Numbered from the stretch's first letter, positions 46,601-59,758 are shown. The stretch: 64,000 nucleotides of DNA from Macrostomum lignano (GCA_002269645.1 NIVC01000010.1:930001-994000), one strand, 5' to 3'. Made by a program: numbers and translations. The notes: a model not told the origin generated them from the letters alone.

Positions 46601-49600
46601 AGAAAGGTGAGGGAAGATCGACGAGAGAAGATGGAAAAGAGGAGATAGGAAAGAAGAGAAGAGAAGAGAGAGAGAGAAGAGAGAGGAAACAAAAGAGAAG
46701 ATAGAGTTTCAAAGGATCCGAGGGACATAGAGAGAGACAGGAGGCCAGAGATTTTGCCGATACATGTTTTCGAAAGACAAGTTTTTGTTTGAGTATGACT
46801 TCAGATTTTAGAACTAGATATAAGCTGAGCTGAGAGAGAAGATGAAAGTAGAGGCTGAGAGCAGAGAGGGGCTGAGAGCAGAGAGGGGCTGAGAGCAGAG
46901 AGGGGCTGAGAGCAGAGAGGGGCTGAGAGCAGAGAGGGGCTGAGAGTAGAGAGGGGCTGGGGATAGAGGTTGAGAGTGGATAGAGGCTGAGAGTAGATAG
47001 AGGCTGACAGTGGAGAGGCTGAGAATAGAGAGGTTGAGAGTAGAGAGGCTAGTTCACGTTGTTCTCAATCCCATTCCACTATACATGTAGTTTTTATCTA
47101 ATGTGACTAAGCCAGGTGCTTTTAGTGCAGGGGTTGGCAAACTTTTTACCTCGATTGAGAACCCAGCTCATGACTGCCCTTCTAGTCCGCTTCGTTGGCC
47201 CCCAAAGCGAAGCGAGGAGTCCTGATGACAGAGCGGGCCAGAGGTGAGGAGAGAGGGTAAGGAATAGAGAAGAGAAATACAAGCATAGGATAAAGGAGAG
47301 GCGAAGGAATAAAGGAGAAGAGAGTTGATGAGAGGAGAGATTATATACGAGCGGAGAGAGAGGAGAAGGGAGATTAATGGAGAGGAGAAAGGAGGGAAGG
47401 GAGAAGAGAATGAAGAGGAAAAGGGAGATGATAGCAGAGGTAAGAAGAGAGGAGAGGATAGACATGAGGAGAAAGGAGAGGAGAGAGGTGAGGGCAGAGA
47501 TGAGAGAGGAGAGGGCAGAGATGAGAGAGAGAAAAGATGAGAGGAGAGGGCAGACATGAGAGAGAAAAGATGAGAGAAGAGGGCAGACATGAGAGAGAGA
47601 ATAGATGAGAGAGAGGGCAAGAGATGAGAGGAGAGGGCAGAGATGAGAGAGAGAAAGATGATACAGGAGAGGGCAGAGATGAGAGAGAAAAGAGAGAACA
47701 GGGCAGACATGAGAGAGAATAGATAAGAGAGGAGAGGGCAAGAGATGAGAGAGGAGAGGGCAGAGATGAGAGAGAGAGAGAAAAGATTAGAGACGAGAGG
47801 GCAGAAATGACAGAGAAAAGAAAAGAGACGAGAGTGCAGAGATGAGAGAAAAGATGAGAGACAAGAGGCACTCCAATTTTTGCTTACTTCTATCATAACT
47901 AATACCTTTACCCTCTACCTTTAACTTTTAACATATACAAACAACACGTCAGTTTTAGTATATTGAGATACGTTTGAAACTATTATCCATGATACAAAAA
48001 TCAAATGTCTTGTGCTAGTAGTGCTACTAGCTTTAGTAGGTAGTATAATACCTGCTGTAAAGGGAAGTGTTTTTTGTTTTACTTAGTCTAATTTCACTAA
48101 CAAAATCTGTCTTCTCCGAGACTTGAAGCTACATCATACCCCACCCCAATCACAGCCAATAGGAAATGAGGAAATATATAGACCTACTCCTATCCAAGCA
48201 GCCATTCAGAGCTGTGGCCATCTTGGTGTGTGGCCATCTTGGTCATGCGCCGTGGCAAAGTGTGGCAAAAAAATATTTCCTTTTCAGTAGCTACATATAT
48301 ATAATTGCAGCCACTAGGCTGTACTTTAAAATTATTTCATGTTACTCTTAAAAATTAAATTTAATTTAATTTCAAAAATTTTAAATAAAAAAACTGACTT
48401 TTCAATTGATCAATCTTTTCATCCAATCAATGATTATATACATGGCATGGCAGCCATGCCTATAAGCTCCAATATTAGAGACAGCCACCCACCGTGTCTC
48501 TAAGTATAAACCCATTCAATATTAATGACGCGGCTGCCATGCAAGTTTTATTGACATAGTGGCCATGTCTCTAATAGTGATTAGGTCTATACTTACAGAC
48601 ATGGTAGCCGTGTCTATAATGTGGAAATACTTATAGATATGGTAGCCATGTCTGAATTTCTGCATTATAGACATGGTTGCTATGTCTCTAAGTGTGGCAT
48701 TTTAAATAAGGCTTATGTTTCTTATAACCTTAGCCTATTATTAGTATATAGATTCCATAGTCTAGATCATGGCAGGCCTACGCTGGAATGAAAATTCATG
48801 TTTTTTTTAATTTTACGGGGGAGGTGAAATAAATTTTTTTTGCTAAGACTAAAATTGTTTATATACCATTTTTAAAGAATAAATATTTTCAAAAATTCAA
48901 AACTTTTACTAAGCTTTAAAATGGCTGTTTTTTGATAAGAACTAACCTTCTTTGTTTTGATTTTGACTTTTGTGATTGCATTAATATTTTATATTTTAGT
49001 TTCTGTTTTTTTAAAGAGCTTTTGATATTGGTTGATATTTAATTATACAGTTACATTAGGCTTGAACTTGGCTATTTTTTGTATGCCGACTGTACATTTC
49101 ATGTTGAACCTGAAAATTCTATATGCCAAGTGTATGCCAAGATTGTCAGTGAGAGCAAAAATATGCCAGAAAATTCCGGTATAAAGGCCACCTTCTAGAC
49201 TATGGCCTATAATAGGCCTATATAGGTGGGTTATAGTCATTTTAGGCAAAAAGGGCCCTTTGGCAAAAGGCATTTTAGCAGAAGTTAGAATATATTATTA
49301 GTCTCTTTGGTTTTAACCCACTTTGGCAAAAGTCAATAATGGCAAAAAATACCTTCACAATGACCATTTAATTTAAAGCTGACCATTCTGGCAAAAAATT
49401 TGTTCCAAGCTTCGATGAAAAGTTTTGTTATTTTAGAAAAAAGTTAAAAAGAAAAACAACAAAATTTATAGAGACTAATTTTATTGTGACATGTTTTTTT
49501 TCTGTTGCAGTTTAATTCAGTTGTTTTATTATTAGGTGCCATTTGATAGATATATGTATATAACATAGTTACTTGCAAAATCTTGAATTTTTTAATTTTC

Positions 49601-52600
49601 TAACTGCAAATAATTTGCAGCAATGAATAATTTATTAAAAGCTTTAATCACCAAAGTGGTATATTTGCAATTATATATGTTGCCAATCTTTTTGCCAAAC
49701 TAGTCACTTTCTTTTGCCAAAATATACATCTATTGAAACTAAAAATTCACTTTCAGTGAAGCATCTTTCTCCAAAAATTCCTTTACCAAAATGGGCTGCA
49801 CCCAAGTATCAATAGTTTATGCCCAAAAATTTGGGCATGCATTGGCCTTGCATGCCAAAAGTTGGCACTCAAGACTCTTAAGAAAATATTATACGTATAT
49901 ACCTAGTCTGTACTTCATAGAATCATGTATAAAAGCATTTTAAGCCTAGTGTTACTCGTAAATAGAAAAAAAATCAAAAATGGCATTTTAAGTGTAAATT
50001 TTAAGCTTTCCAGTTTTTAAACTTGTAATATAGAATTTAGGACAATATTAATGAGTATCCCAACTTTTATCAGTATTAACCCATAGCATGATTTAATTAA
50101 TTAAACATTTTTTGAATTTCTGAATTTTATAGTTTTTAAGATAGCTCCATAAAAGATAGAAAAAAAATAAAAGTCTCTAGATTTTATCTAAACTAAAGCT
50201 GATAAAAATTGCTATTAACATATATATATATTAATCTATGAAAAGCCTATTTATAATGCTAGAAAGATTTTTAATTGCCAAAAAAGGGTTTTATTAGAAT
50301 TTTTATTTACAATAATTAAAATTTACTCAAATTGAATGTAAAATTATATATAGGCCTAACTCTGAACCTAATTATCACTACTCATCATGTTTCCATTTGC
50401 ATTGAAACTTTAACAAAGAAACAAAATCACAGTAGTGACAGACTTAAAATTGGTCATGTGTCTCTCAAGCAATTTAATTGATTGTTTACTATAAATCTAC
50501 TAGCCTTTTTACTAATATGCTATTTCATATTATAAAAGAAAAACTTAAAAAAATTATCTACTACTTTTCTATGGTTGCAACCAACATTTGATTATTCAAG
50601 CTAGTCTATTTACAAAGTAGTAAGAGTTCCATTTTTTATAAATAAACTTTGAATTAATGGATTTATAGTGTTTTTTCTAGTGCAAGCCTTCTATCTTTAA
50701 TTAACAGTAATGGTTTTTAATGGTATGACCATTCTTAACTAGAACTATCCTTAGTCATCTGTTGGGATTAAAGTTGAGTAATCTATAGACTTCTTCTATT
50801 TAACTTATGTATTTCAAGACTAAGGTTTTGAATTCAAAAGCTATACACATGATGTTATTTTATTAGATTTAAATTTTTTGACAAATGCTAGGTAGCCTCC
50901 TAGTTTTAAGTTTTATATCTTTAATTTTTACCTTTTTGGATGCTAAATATGACTAATTCTAATGCTTAGAAACCCAGAATGGAACTCTTATATGTGGATT
51001 TTTTGTAGAAACTATTCCATATCTATTATCTTCATTTTTATAACAAAATTTGCAATGCAAATTAAATAGCAATTTAAAAATTTGTGCAGGAGCAACTGGA
51101 AAAAATAAATGATGCTTATTCCTATGTTAACTGTCTTCAAACAGAATTGGAGGTAAGTCAACATTGTGAATTGACCTCGATAAAAACACATTTAATTTGA
51201 TCTTAATAAATGATCAACCCAATCTCAATAAGTGACCAACCGAAACTCAATAAGTGACCAACCTAATCTCAATAAGTGACCAACCGAAACTCAATAAGTG
51301 ACCAACCTAATCTCAATAAGTGACCAACCTAATCTCAATAAGTGGCCAACACAATCTTAATGAGTGACCAACGTAATCTGAATAAGTGACCAACGCAAAT
51401 CAATAATCCTGAAGCCAATCCCACTGCATTACCAGGCCTGTACAGCGGAGTTCAACGCCCAGATGTCGGCAGCCAAAGTCGAACTGGTCGCTTTACGCAA
51501 GCGAATCGGCGCTAAGCGCATTGAAAAAGCGGCGCCATATTATCGCCAACTGGCCGAGCGGGCTCGAGCTCAGGACCTTGCCGCCGATGCTGCCAGACAA
51601 TATCAGAGAAGCCTGTCCGAGCTGCAAGCGGCCAGGGAGACTCTGGAAGTGGCCGAGAATGCTCAGAAGCCTTCTGTTCAAACTGACGCTGCGGGAGCTG
51701 CCGCTGCTTGTTTAGATGAAGCTGCAGCATCCTGGGAGGAGCATTTGAGTCTGGCTAGACAGCGGGTTGTGTACGCTGAGCAGGAGTTGGAGCGGTGCCG
51801 ATACGAGCACCAGTTGCACTCTAAGTGAGCGGAAGATTGAATTTCAAGCCAGGGGGTGCATTGAAATACCTGAGGATATATTACCTAGCAGTTGAGGTTT
51901 GCCCCACTGTCAAGGATTGAGCAGCGAAACTAGAGAAATTCGCTACAGGGGGGTGTCCATAGTCACCTAGTGCCACCTGCTGAAGGTCCAGAAGCTCCGC
52001 TTGGGTGAAAGCCAGTGACCACCGAAGTCGGAGCGGATGTGGTCGATGTGCTGATGAAATTTGGAGGCTTGACAAGGCTGCACTGAGGTGCAGTGCTGAT
52101 TAGCGCACAGGGTGTGCTGAATACACTGACGCTTATGGAAAAAATCCGACCTTTTGGCAGAATCGTCGAATATCTCGACAGTCCGAAGAGCTGGGTAGCC
52201 CTTGGCAGTTCTATTGTTAATATGCACGAACATAGGGTTATGCAGTGTGGATATAAAGGAAACTACATGAAGTTGATCGTATGCCAAAACTAAGCAGTTG
52301 AAAATGAATTGACTTAAAAGTTATAAAACTGTCAACCAATTACGCCAACGTGCAGGCAATACTCCAAAGCGTCGGAGCAGTTGGCTTCTCTAAAAGCCAA
52401 ACAGGAACGGCTAATAGAATCGTGCCGGCCATTCTACGAACTGAAAATGGCTCGCGAGCGCACCCTCACGGAGCTGGAGGACCGGCGTCAGCAGCTGACT
52501 GAACGCCTGGGCGGACAGAAGCGCGCTCACAAGGAGGCCATGTCGAGTCTGGAAGCGATCAGCTCCGATATGCACATGTCCAGGCGGCTGGCACAGTTGC

Positions 52601-53162
52601 ACAGGTGTGCTTATTGCATTGAGAACTGCTGTTTCATTACTCGTAGCTGGTTTCGAGCTTCTGTGAAGCTTCGAGCTTGTGTGAAGCTTTGAGCTTGTGT
52701 GAAAGTTTGAGCTTGTATGAGAATAATAGGACTGAATTGATTCCTGTTATTTAAAAATGATTGATCGATGCTAATAAATAATCACATCTTACACTTAGGC
52801 GCCGGCTGCAGCGGCAGGTCTCTCCAGCAGATCACGTGTCCATCTCGCTCACTGCGGACGCCGAGTCAATGCGCAGCGACTGCTCCGAGGAAAGCCGGCA
52901 GCTGACTCTGCCGCCAGCTGCTCCCAGCTCCGCCTCGGTGCCGCCTTCGCCTGCTCGCGGCCGCATCGTCAGCCGGCTGGGTCACGTGACCGAGCATCCG
53001 CTATTACAGTCTGTCTCTGGCTTGTCCGCTTCTTCTAGTAGCAAATCTAGCAATGCCGCCGCAGCCAGTGCCGCTGCTGCTCCACCGTCCTCACCGACGC
53101 TTGCAGATGCTCGTCATTCGACTGCGTCGGCTTCTTCACCTGCCACTCTTGATCCCTCTTAG
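43617..53162 (+). CDS. SH3BP5: SH3BP5/Parcas/REI-1 family protein (Rab11 GEF-type coiled coil), 5 exons
   Basis: Exons 43617-43691, 51090-51152, 51436-51824, 52356-52604 and 52799-53162 with phases 0,0,2,2 all matching. Motifs QIQ|EQLEKIN...LQTELE, IEKAAPYY, SWEEHL...QRVVYAE, CRPFYELK and SLEAISSDMH. Confidence 0.85.
43995..44055 (+). other. tRNA-derived (SINE-like) head
   Basis: A-box-like TGGCTTAGTGG at 43995 and B-box-like GGTTTGAATCC at 44039. No complete cloverleaf. Confidence 0.4.
44624..45466 (+). pseudogene. N-terminal part of a MULE-type transposase: PHD finger plus FLYWCH-like zinc finger; DDE core missing
   Basis: PHD: CVVC...AIECSQCLNWQHRAC...WLCNQC. FLYWCH-like: GKDLLV...YYRCTKR...CHGS...HTC. 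The ORF stops at SRKKDL and is followed by AG-rich filler. Confidence 0.72.
45480..47875. repeat. AG-rich low-complexity region, including a 17-bp repeat (46853-46950) and copy 2 of the hAT-like family starting at 47128
   Basis: Polypurine plus strand. The Leu/Ser-rich minus-strand ORFs here are compositional artefacts. Confidence 0.85.
51221..51405. repeat. Intronic minisatellite, 22-bp unit aatctcaataagtgaccaacct, about 8 copies
   Basis: Directly visible in SH3BP5 intron 2. Confidence 0.92.
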
Positions 53163-53326
53163 CCCCGGGAAGCCATTCGAGCATGTCTGGTATTTTGTGT
53201 CCCTGTCCCTAATGTACTGCTGTTCTGCGCCACGTGGACTTCAGCGAAGTATTTGTTTCTATTTCTATTGAATTTTTTACTCGACAATTCTCTTTTTTAA
53301 TCATATATTATAGCGTGTACTTTGTA

Positions 53327-53505
53327 CTGTCTGTGTCCACCTCTATCCTTGTCTGTGTCCACCTCTACCCCTGTCTGTGTCCACCTCTATCCCTGTCTGT
53401 GTCCACCTCTATCCCTGTGTGTCCACCTCTATCCTTGTCTGTGTCCACCTCTACCCCTGTCTGTGTCCACCTCTATCCCTGTGTGTCCACCTTTATCCCT
53501 GCGTG
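53327..53505. repeat. 22-bp tandem repeat ctgtctgtgtccacctctatcc downstream of the SH3BP5 stop
   Basis: Directly visible. Confidence 0.9.
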
Positions 53506-54182
53506 TGTTGTGTCCGAACTGTTTCTAAAAGCTGTTAATTAGTACATGTAACTCCTGTGCTTTAAAGGCCCCAGTATGCATCAGTGTACCTTAGTCATTT
53601 TCTGTGATGCAGTTTAGTCTGCTTCTGCTTATAGACTATATATCTTACTCCAGTAACCGTAACTGTCAGTTATCTGGGCATTGTTGTATTTGGTGATATA
53701 ATTTCTTCAAACTTCTTATTTATATACCCCGCCCGGAGAGAAAAATTATTGTAAATAAAACCTTTTGTTGTGACACCGCTGTTTCACAATGAAATTAACA
53801 GTAGTTATATGCAAAAACATTTGCAATGACAGTCCATTTCTTTGTTACCTCACTTTGCTTGTCATTGATTTACATTTCAATAGAAAACACATTCTACAAA
53901 TTCTGCAATACACTTCAGAAAGTTTTGTCTCAACGATTTCCGGCTCTGATCTGTCAGTTTGCGTGTGCGTGAAATTTTACTCTTTGAATTGAAAAAGAAA
54001 CCAAATGTCAATGCGTTATTTCTCGGGTTTTGTTTATTCGCATAATTAGAAATAAAATATTTCCATTTATCGGCCAAATTGCTTTTTGTGTCCGTCATTT
54101 TCGCGTGCGGTCTGTGTTACTGTTAGTAGGAAGTAATGCTGTTTTTATTCGGAACATTTTCTCTAAATTTAGGACTATTTAT

Positions 54183-54812
54183 TGCGTGAAGCTTGTGTGA
54201 AGCTTGTGTGATACTTGTGTAAAGCTTCGAGCTTGTGTGTGAAGCTTCGAGCTTGTGTGAAGCTTCGAGATTGTGTGTGAAGCTTCGAGCTTGTGTGTGA
54301 AGCTTCGAGATTGTGTGTGAAGCTTCGAGATTGTGTGTGAAGCTTCGAGCTTGCATGAAGCTTCGAGCTTGTATGAAGCTTCGAGCTTGTGTGAAGCTTC
54401 GAGCTTGTGTGTGAAGCTTCGAGCTTGTGTGAAGCTTCGAGCTTGTATGAAGCTTCGAGCTTGTATGAAGCTTCGAGCTTGTATGAAGCTTCGAGCTTGT
54501 GTGAAGCTTCGAGCTTGTATGAAGCTTCAAGCTTGTGTGAAGCTTCGATCTTGTGTGAAGCTTCGAGCCTGTGTAAAGCTTCGTGCTTGTGTGAATTAGC
54601 TTCGAGCTTGTGAAGCTTCGAGCTTGGGTGAAGCTTCGGGCTTGTGTGAAGCTTCAAGCTTGTGTGAAGCTTCGATCTTGTGTGAAGCTTCGAGCCTGTG
54701 TAAAGCTTCGTGCTTGTGTGAATTAGCTTCGAGCTTGTGAAGCTTCGAGCTTGGGTGAAGCTTCGGGCTTGTGTGAAGCTTCGAACTTGTGAAGAGTCGA
54801 GCTTGTGTGAAA
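54183..54812. repeat. 18-bp minisatellite gtgaagcttcgagcttgt with a 126-bp higher-order duplication; a short satellite copy sits at about 52655-52715
   Basis: The variant block starting gaagcttcgatc occurs at 54540 and 54666. Confidence 0.95.
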
Positions 54813-54863
54813 CTTGTTCATTTCAGCATTACTTAACCTGAGTACTTGTAAACTTTGGTTGTC

Positions 54864-57800
54864 ATGGCAACAACGGCAACACTATTATTTAATATTGTGA
54901 CGCAATGGTTGTCGCTAGCGGCTACCAAAACTATATACGGCATTGCGTCTTTGGCAACCTTGTGCGCTCTGCTGCTTGTCTGCTTCTACCTGTGGCGGTT
55001 GGCTCGTTGCGGCTTCCCCGTGAACTGCTGGTTCTGCGGCGGCTCAACTCGGGTGCCGTTTGGCAATCGGAACTGCTTTGATTGCCCCCACTGCGACCAG
55101 TACAATGGCTTCGATTCGTGAGTGAGGGGGGCTGTCTGGAAATTCATTTTGAGAGGCTATTGTTGTCTTTATTTATCCAGAAGAGTCATTCTGAGCACAC
55201 TATGACGTATATGAGTCATTCTGAGCACTCTATACCGGTATTCGTTAATCTGTGCACATATTAGTCATTCTGAGCACACTTTATTAGTCATTCTGAGCAC
55301 ACTATAGGAATCATCCTGAGCACACTATAGGAATCATCCTGAGCACACTATAGGAATCATCCTGAGCACACTATAGGAATCATTCTGAGCACACTATAGG
55401 AATCATCCTGAGCACACTATAGGAATCATTCTGAGCACACTATAGGAATCATCCTGAGCACACTATAGAAATCATTCTGAGCACACTATAGGAATCATTC
55501 TGAGCACACTATAGGAATCATCCTGAGCACACTATAGGAATCATTCTGAGCACACTATAGGAATCATTCTGAGCACACTATAGAAATCATTCTGAGCACA
55601 CTATAGGAATCATTCTGAGCACACTATAGGAATCATCCTGAGCACACTATAGGAAACATCCTGAGCACACTATAGGAATCATTCTGAGCACACTATAGGA
55701 ATCATCCTGAGCACACTATAGGAATCATTCTGAGCACACTATAGGAATCATCCTGAGCACACTATAGGAATCATCCTGAGCGCACTATAGGAATCATTCT
55801 GAGCACACTATAGGAATCATTCTGAGCACACTATAGGAATCATCCTGAGCACACTATAGGAATCATCCTGAGCACACTATAGAAATCATTCTGAGCACAC
55901 TATAGGAATCATTCTGAGCACACTATAGGAATAATCCTGAGCACACTATAGGAATCATTCTGAGCACACTATAGGAATCATTCTGAGCACACTATAGGAA
56001 TCATACTGAGCACACTATAGGAATCATTCTGAGCACACTATAGGAATCATTCTGAGCACACTATAGGAATCATTCTGAGCACACTATAGGAATCATTCTG
56101 AGCACACTATAGGAATCGTCCTGAGCACACTATAGGAATCATCCTGAGCACACTATAGGAATCATTCTGAGCACACTATAGGAATCATCCTGAGCACACT
56201 ATAGGAATCATCCTGAGCGCACTATAGGAATCATTCTGAGCACACTATAGGAATCATTCTGAGCACACTATAGGAATCATTCTGAGCACACTATAGGAAT
56301 CATTCTGAGCACACTATAGGAATCATTCTGAGCACACTATAGGAATCATTCTGAGCACACTATAGGAATCATTCTGAGCACACTATAGGAATCATTCTGA
56401 GCACACTATTAAAAGTAACTCTGAGTACTTATGAGTGTCTGATTTAATGAAAAACTTCAGCGAAGGCAACTACAACAAGGACATACCGGCAATGCGGCAC
56501 TCAGCAATGAACCTACGTCAGACGCCTTTGGCCTGTAGATCCTCTAGCACTGGCCGACTACCGTCTCCTAGCAACGGCGTGCAGCAGCAGCAGCAACAAC
56601 TCTGCGACGCTTGCAATCGCAATCAGGCATTGAAGGTGGCCCAGCTGGCCCAGTTCGAGCCGACCAGTCCGTCTGCGGAGGACGCCGAACTGGCGGCTCT
56701 GCGCGCCCGTCTGGAGCGAGCCTACGCCCTCTGCCAGCGCTGCCGGGCCAAGCGGCGGGCCGCTCTGCAGGCTCAGGATATCCGACTGTTGCCGGGCTTA
56801 CTGGAATGGCAGAGGTCGCGAGTTCGAGCCCGGAACAAAGCCGTTAAAACCTCCGGCGCGTGCTCGAAGCAGACTAATTGGCTTCGAATGTTTTCTGCTT
56901 GCCTAGCAACTATGGGCTTGGCTTCCGCTTTGTCTGCTTGCGCAGCTCGACTGGTCTGCCTGCCGGCTGTCTTCTGTCTGCTTCTGGCTTGCCTGATCCG
57001 CCGGCCGCTCTGCTTCGGCTTCAGATTTCTAATTAACGGATGCGGAGGCGATTTGTGGCAGGGGCCCGTGTTCTTTGCGGCCGTGGAACCCTTGAGAACT
57101 CAGCTGACTGGTTGGATTGCTGAGGCGCTGGAGTTGGTGCTTAATGATGATGCCCTCAGCATGAGCTTGCCTGGGTGAGCTCAGTGTGACATCTAGTGTG
57201 ACATCCAGTGTGACATCCAGTGTGACATCTAGTGTGACATCCAGTGTGACATCCAGTGTGACATCTAGTGTGACTTCCAGTGTGACATCTAGTGTGACAT
57301 CTAGTGTGACATCCAGTGTGACATCTAGTGTGACTTCCAGTGTGACATCTAGTGTGACATCTAGTGTGACATCTAGTGTGACAACATCCAGTGTGAAGTC
57401 CAGTGTGACATCTAGTGTGACATCCAGTGTGGCATCCAGTGTGACATCCAGTGTGACAACCAGTGTGACAACCAGTGTGACATCCAGTGTGACAACCAGT
57501 GTGACAACCAGTATGAAACCTAATTTGACATCTAGTGTGACAACCAGTGTGTCTTTGACTAGTGCTCCTTTCTAAGAATCCGCAATTTCAAATTTCAGCT
57601 CAGCTACACGCTTCCAGCTCAGTTCGTCCACAATGGCTTCTTGGCTAATGTCCGCTACTCTCACTGTTCTACACCTCATCGCATTCTGGTTCAGATGGCG
57701 TCAGTTTAGAGCCTCATCCAGCTTAGTAACAATTGTCAATGTCAACAGTAACCATAGCAACAACAAAGCCAAGCTTCGCAGTTTAAACGGCAATTATAAC

Positions 57801-59758
57801 AATAATAAAGCTACTGTCAGTAATTTTGGCGATGCCAGTTCTAATAGCGATAATAGTAGCGTCGCTGATGATGTCGATACTAATGTCGATTCTGCGTCGG
57901 TTCTGGCTTGGAATCAGCAGCAGCAACAGCAGAAGACGGCGCCGTCATTTATTAATCAGCGCGCGTATCTGCTTCAGCAGCAGGCTCAGGTCAAACGTCC
58001 TGCTTCGCTTCCGCCTGACTGGGCCTCTGGCGGCGCTGCTGCATATCGACCGGTTCGCTCGTTCAGCTACTTGCAGCCCAATAACAGGCCGGTCGGTTTT
58101 GCCAATCCCACTCAGTCCCTGCTGTCCCCGATGCCGCCGTCGCCTGCGCAGCGACGACCGGCTTCGAGGTCGCCACCGGCGCCTCCGTCCACTCCGCTGA
58201 TGTTGACGCCGACTGCTGCGCCATCGGCTGCCTGTATTGGTCGACGGTCGCCATCCACGGCGATTGGCCTGCCGTCGCCTATGGACGTTGACGAGGATAC
58301 TGGGGGACTGCGGCAGGCTGAATGCGACCTTGGCGGGGGAGGCGGTGAGCCTGCTGTCTGGATGCCTGTCTATTTAGTGTACCTGTCATCGTGTCTCAGT
58401 GTCTGTCTCTCTGTTTAGGGTACCTGTCATCGTGTCTCAGTGTCTGTCTGTCTGTTTAGGGTACCTGTCATCGTGTCTCAGTGTCTGTCTGTCTGTTTAG
58501 GGTACCTGTCATCGTGTCTCAGTGTCTGTCTGTCTGTTTAGTGTACCTGTCATCGTGTCTCAGTGTCTGTCTGTCTGTTTAGGGTACCTGTCATCGTGTC
58601 TCAGTGTCTGTCTGTCTGTTTTGGGTACCTGTCATCGTGTCTCAGTGTCTATCTGTCTGTTTAGGGTACCTGTCATCGTGTCTCAATGTCTGTCTGTCTG
58701 TTTAGGGTACCTGTCATCGTGTCTCAGTGTCTATCTGTCTGTTTAGGGTACCTGTCATCGTGTCTCAATGTCTGTCTGTCTGTTTAGGGTACCTGTCATC
58801 GTGTCTCAGTGTCTGTCTGTCTATCTGTCTGTTTAGGGTACCTGTCATCGTGTCTCAGTGTCTGTCTGTCTGTTTTGGGTACCTGTCATCGTGTCTCAGT
58901 GTCTATCTGTCTGTTTAGGGTACCTGTCATCGTGTCTCAATGTCTGTCTGTCTGTTTAGGGTACCTGTCATCGTGTCTCAGTGTCTATCTGTCTGTTTAG
59001 GGTACCTGTCATCGTGTCTCAATGTCTGTCTGTCTGTTTAGGGTACCTGTCATCGTGTCTCAGTGTCTGTCTGTCTATCTGTCTGTTTAGGGTACCTGTC
59101 ATCGTGTCTCAGTGTCTGTCTGTCTGTTTAGTGTACCTGTCATCGTGTCTCAGTGTCTGTCTGTCTGTTTAGGGTACCTGTCATCGTGTCTCAGTGTCTG
59201 TCTGTCTGTTTAGGGTACCTGTCATCGTGTCTCAGTGTCTATCTGTCTGTTTAGGGTACCTGTCATCGTGTCTCAATGTCTGTCTGTCTGTTTAGGGTAC
59301 CTGTCATCGTGTCTCAGTGTCTGTCTGTCTGTTTAGGGTACCTGTCATCGTGTCTCAGTGTCTGTCTGTCTGTCTTTCTATCTGTCTGCTTATCTCACCC
59401 ACTTGCATTCAACTCAATAGAGCATTCAACTTCATCAAACGCATCTTAAGTCATATAAATTTCGCATTTAACTGCAGACTCCGCTTACGCCAGCCAGCGC
59501 GCTTCGATCGCCGACATGCCGTTGACCTTCGGCGCCTCAGCGTCGCGACAGCCAACGGCATCTGAGGCCAAGGGCCGCAGCAGTGGCAGCCGAAGCCGCC
59601 TCTCCCAGGTGCTAATTGGGTGCTGCGTTGGCGTCAATTTCTCCCTGCTGCTGCACTGCCTGCTGATACCAGCTGGCGGCGCTGTTCTCGCTGCTGTTGC
59701 AGCCGGAAGCACCTGGGCCGACTCAGTGGAAAATATTTGGCTGCTGATTGCTGGCTGA
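54864..59758 (+). CDS. TMEM201: TMEM201/Samp1/Ima1 inner nuclear membrane protein, 4 exons
   Basis: Exons 54864-55117, 56461-57174, 57599-58344 and 59478-59758 with phases 2,2,1 matching. Ima1_N motifs VNCWFC, FDCPHCDQYNGF|SEGNYNKDIP, LCDACNRNQALKVAQLA.F.P and Y.LC.RC. Followed by hydrophobic segments and a Ser/Pro-rich tail. Confidence 0.9.
55170..56430. repeat. Intronic minisatellite, 23-bp unit tgagcacactataggaatcat(t/c)c, about 50 copies
   Basis: Directly visible in TMEM201 intron 1. No spacers. Confidence 0.97.
57185..57560. repeat. Intronic minisatellite, 12-bp unit gtgacatc(t/c)agt
   Basis: Fills most of TMEM201 intron 2 (57175-57598). Confidence 0.95.
58365..59385. repeat. Intronic minisatellite, 41-bp unit gtacctgtcatcgtgtctcagtgtctgtctgtctgtttagg
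   Basis: Period 41 (58381 to 58422). Fills TMEM201 intron 3. Confidence 0.95.

Larger units (their letters stand above)
43900..48490 (+). mobile_element. MULE/foldback-type element with long imperfect inverted arms, in SH3BP5 intron 1
   Basis: Perfect 35-bp inverted match 44225-44259 / 48210-48244. Second inverted match about 43908-43943 / about 48452-48486. An AT-rich inverted segment lies between them. Outer ends and TSD not found. Confidence 0.6.

Noticed and set aside
45582-47896. Long Leu/Ser-rich minus-strand ORFs resembling membrane proteins
   Set aside because: CT-rich low complexity is depleted of stop codons, and there are no family motifs.
49040-49870. Inverted clusters of ttggcaaaa / ttttgccaa suggesting a MITE
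   Set aside because: Termini and TSD could not be fixed by eye.
54123-54657. KLEASH / KLHTSS repeat ORFs
   Set aside because: Translations of the 18-bp repeat.
55170-56430. CRISPR-like regular 23-bp repeats (also the 41-bp, 36-bp and 178-bp arrays)
   Set aside because: Units are head-to-tail with no unique spacers, there are no cas genes, and the arrays lie in eukaryotic introns or intergenic DNA.
57186-57575. Mucin-like TSSV-repeat ORF
   Set aside because: Lies wholly inside a 424-nt intron after an in-frame stop. The flanking exons join in phase without it.
58365-59385. Recursive-splicing (AG|GT) sites in the 41-bp unit
   Set aside because: The sequence is AG-G-GT, offset by one base, so the sites are not true ratchet points.
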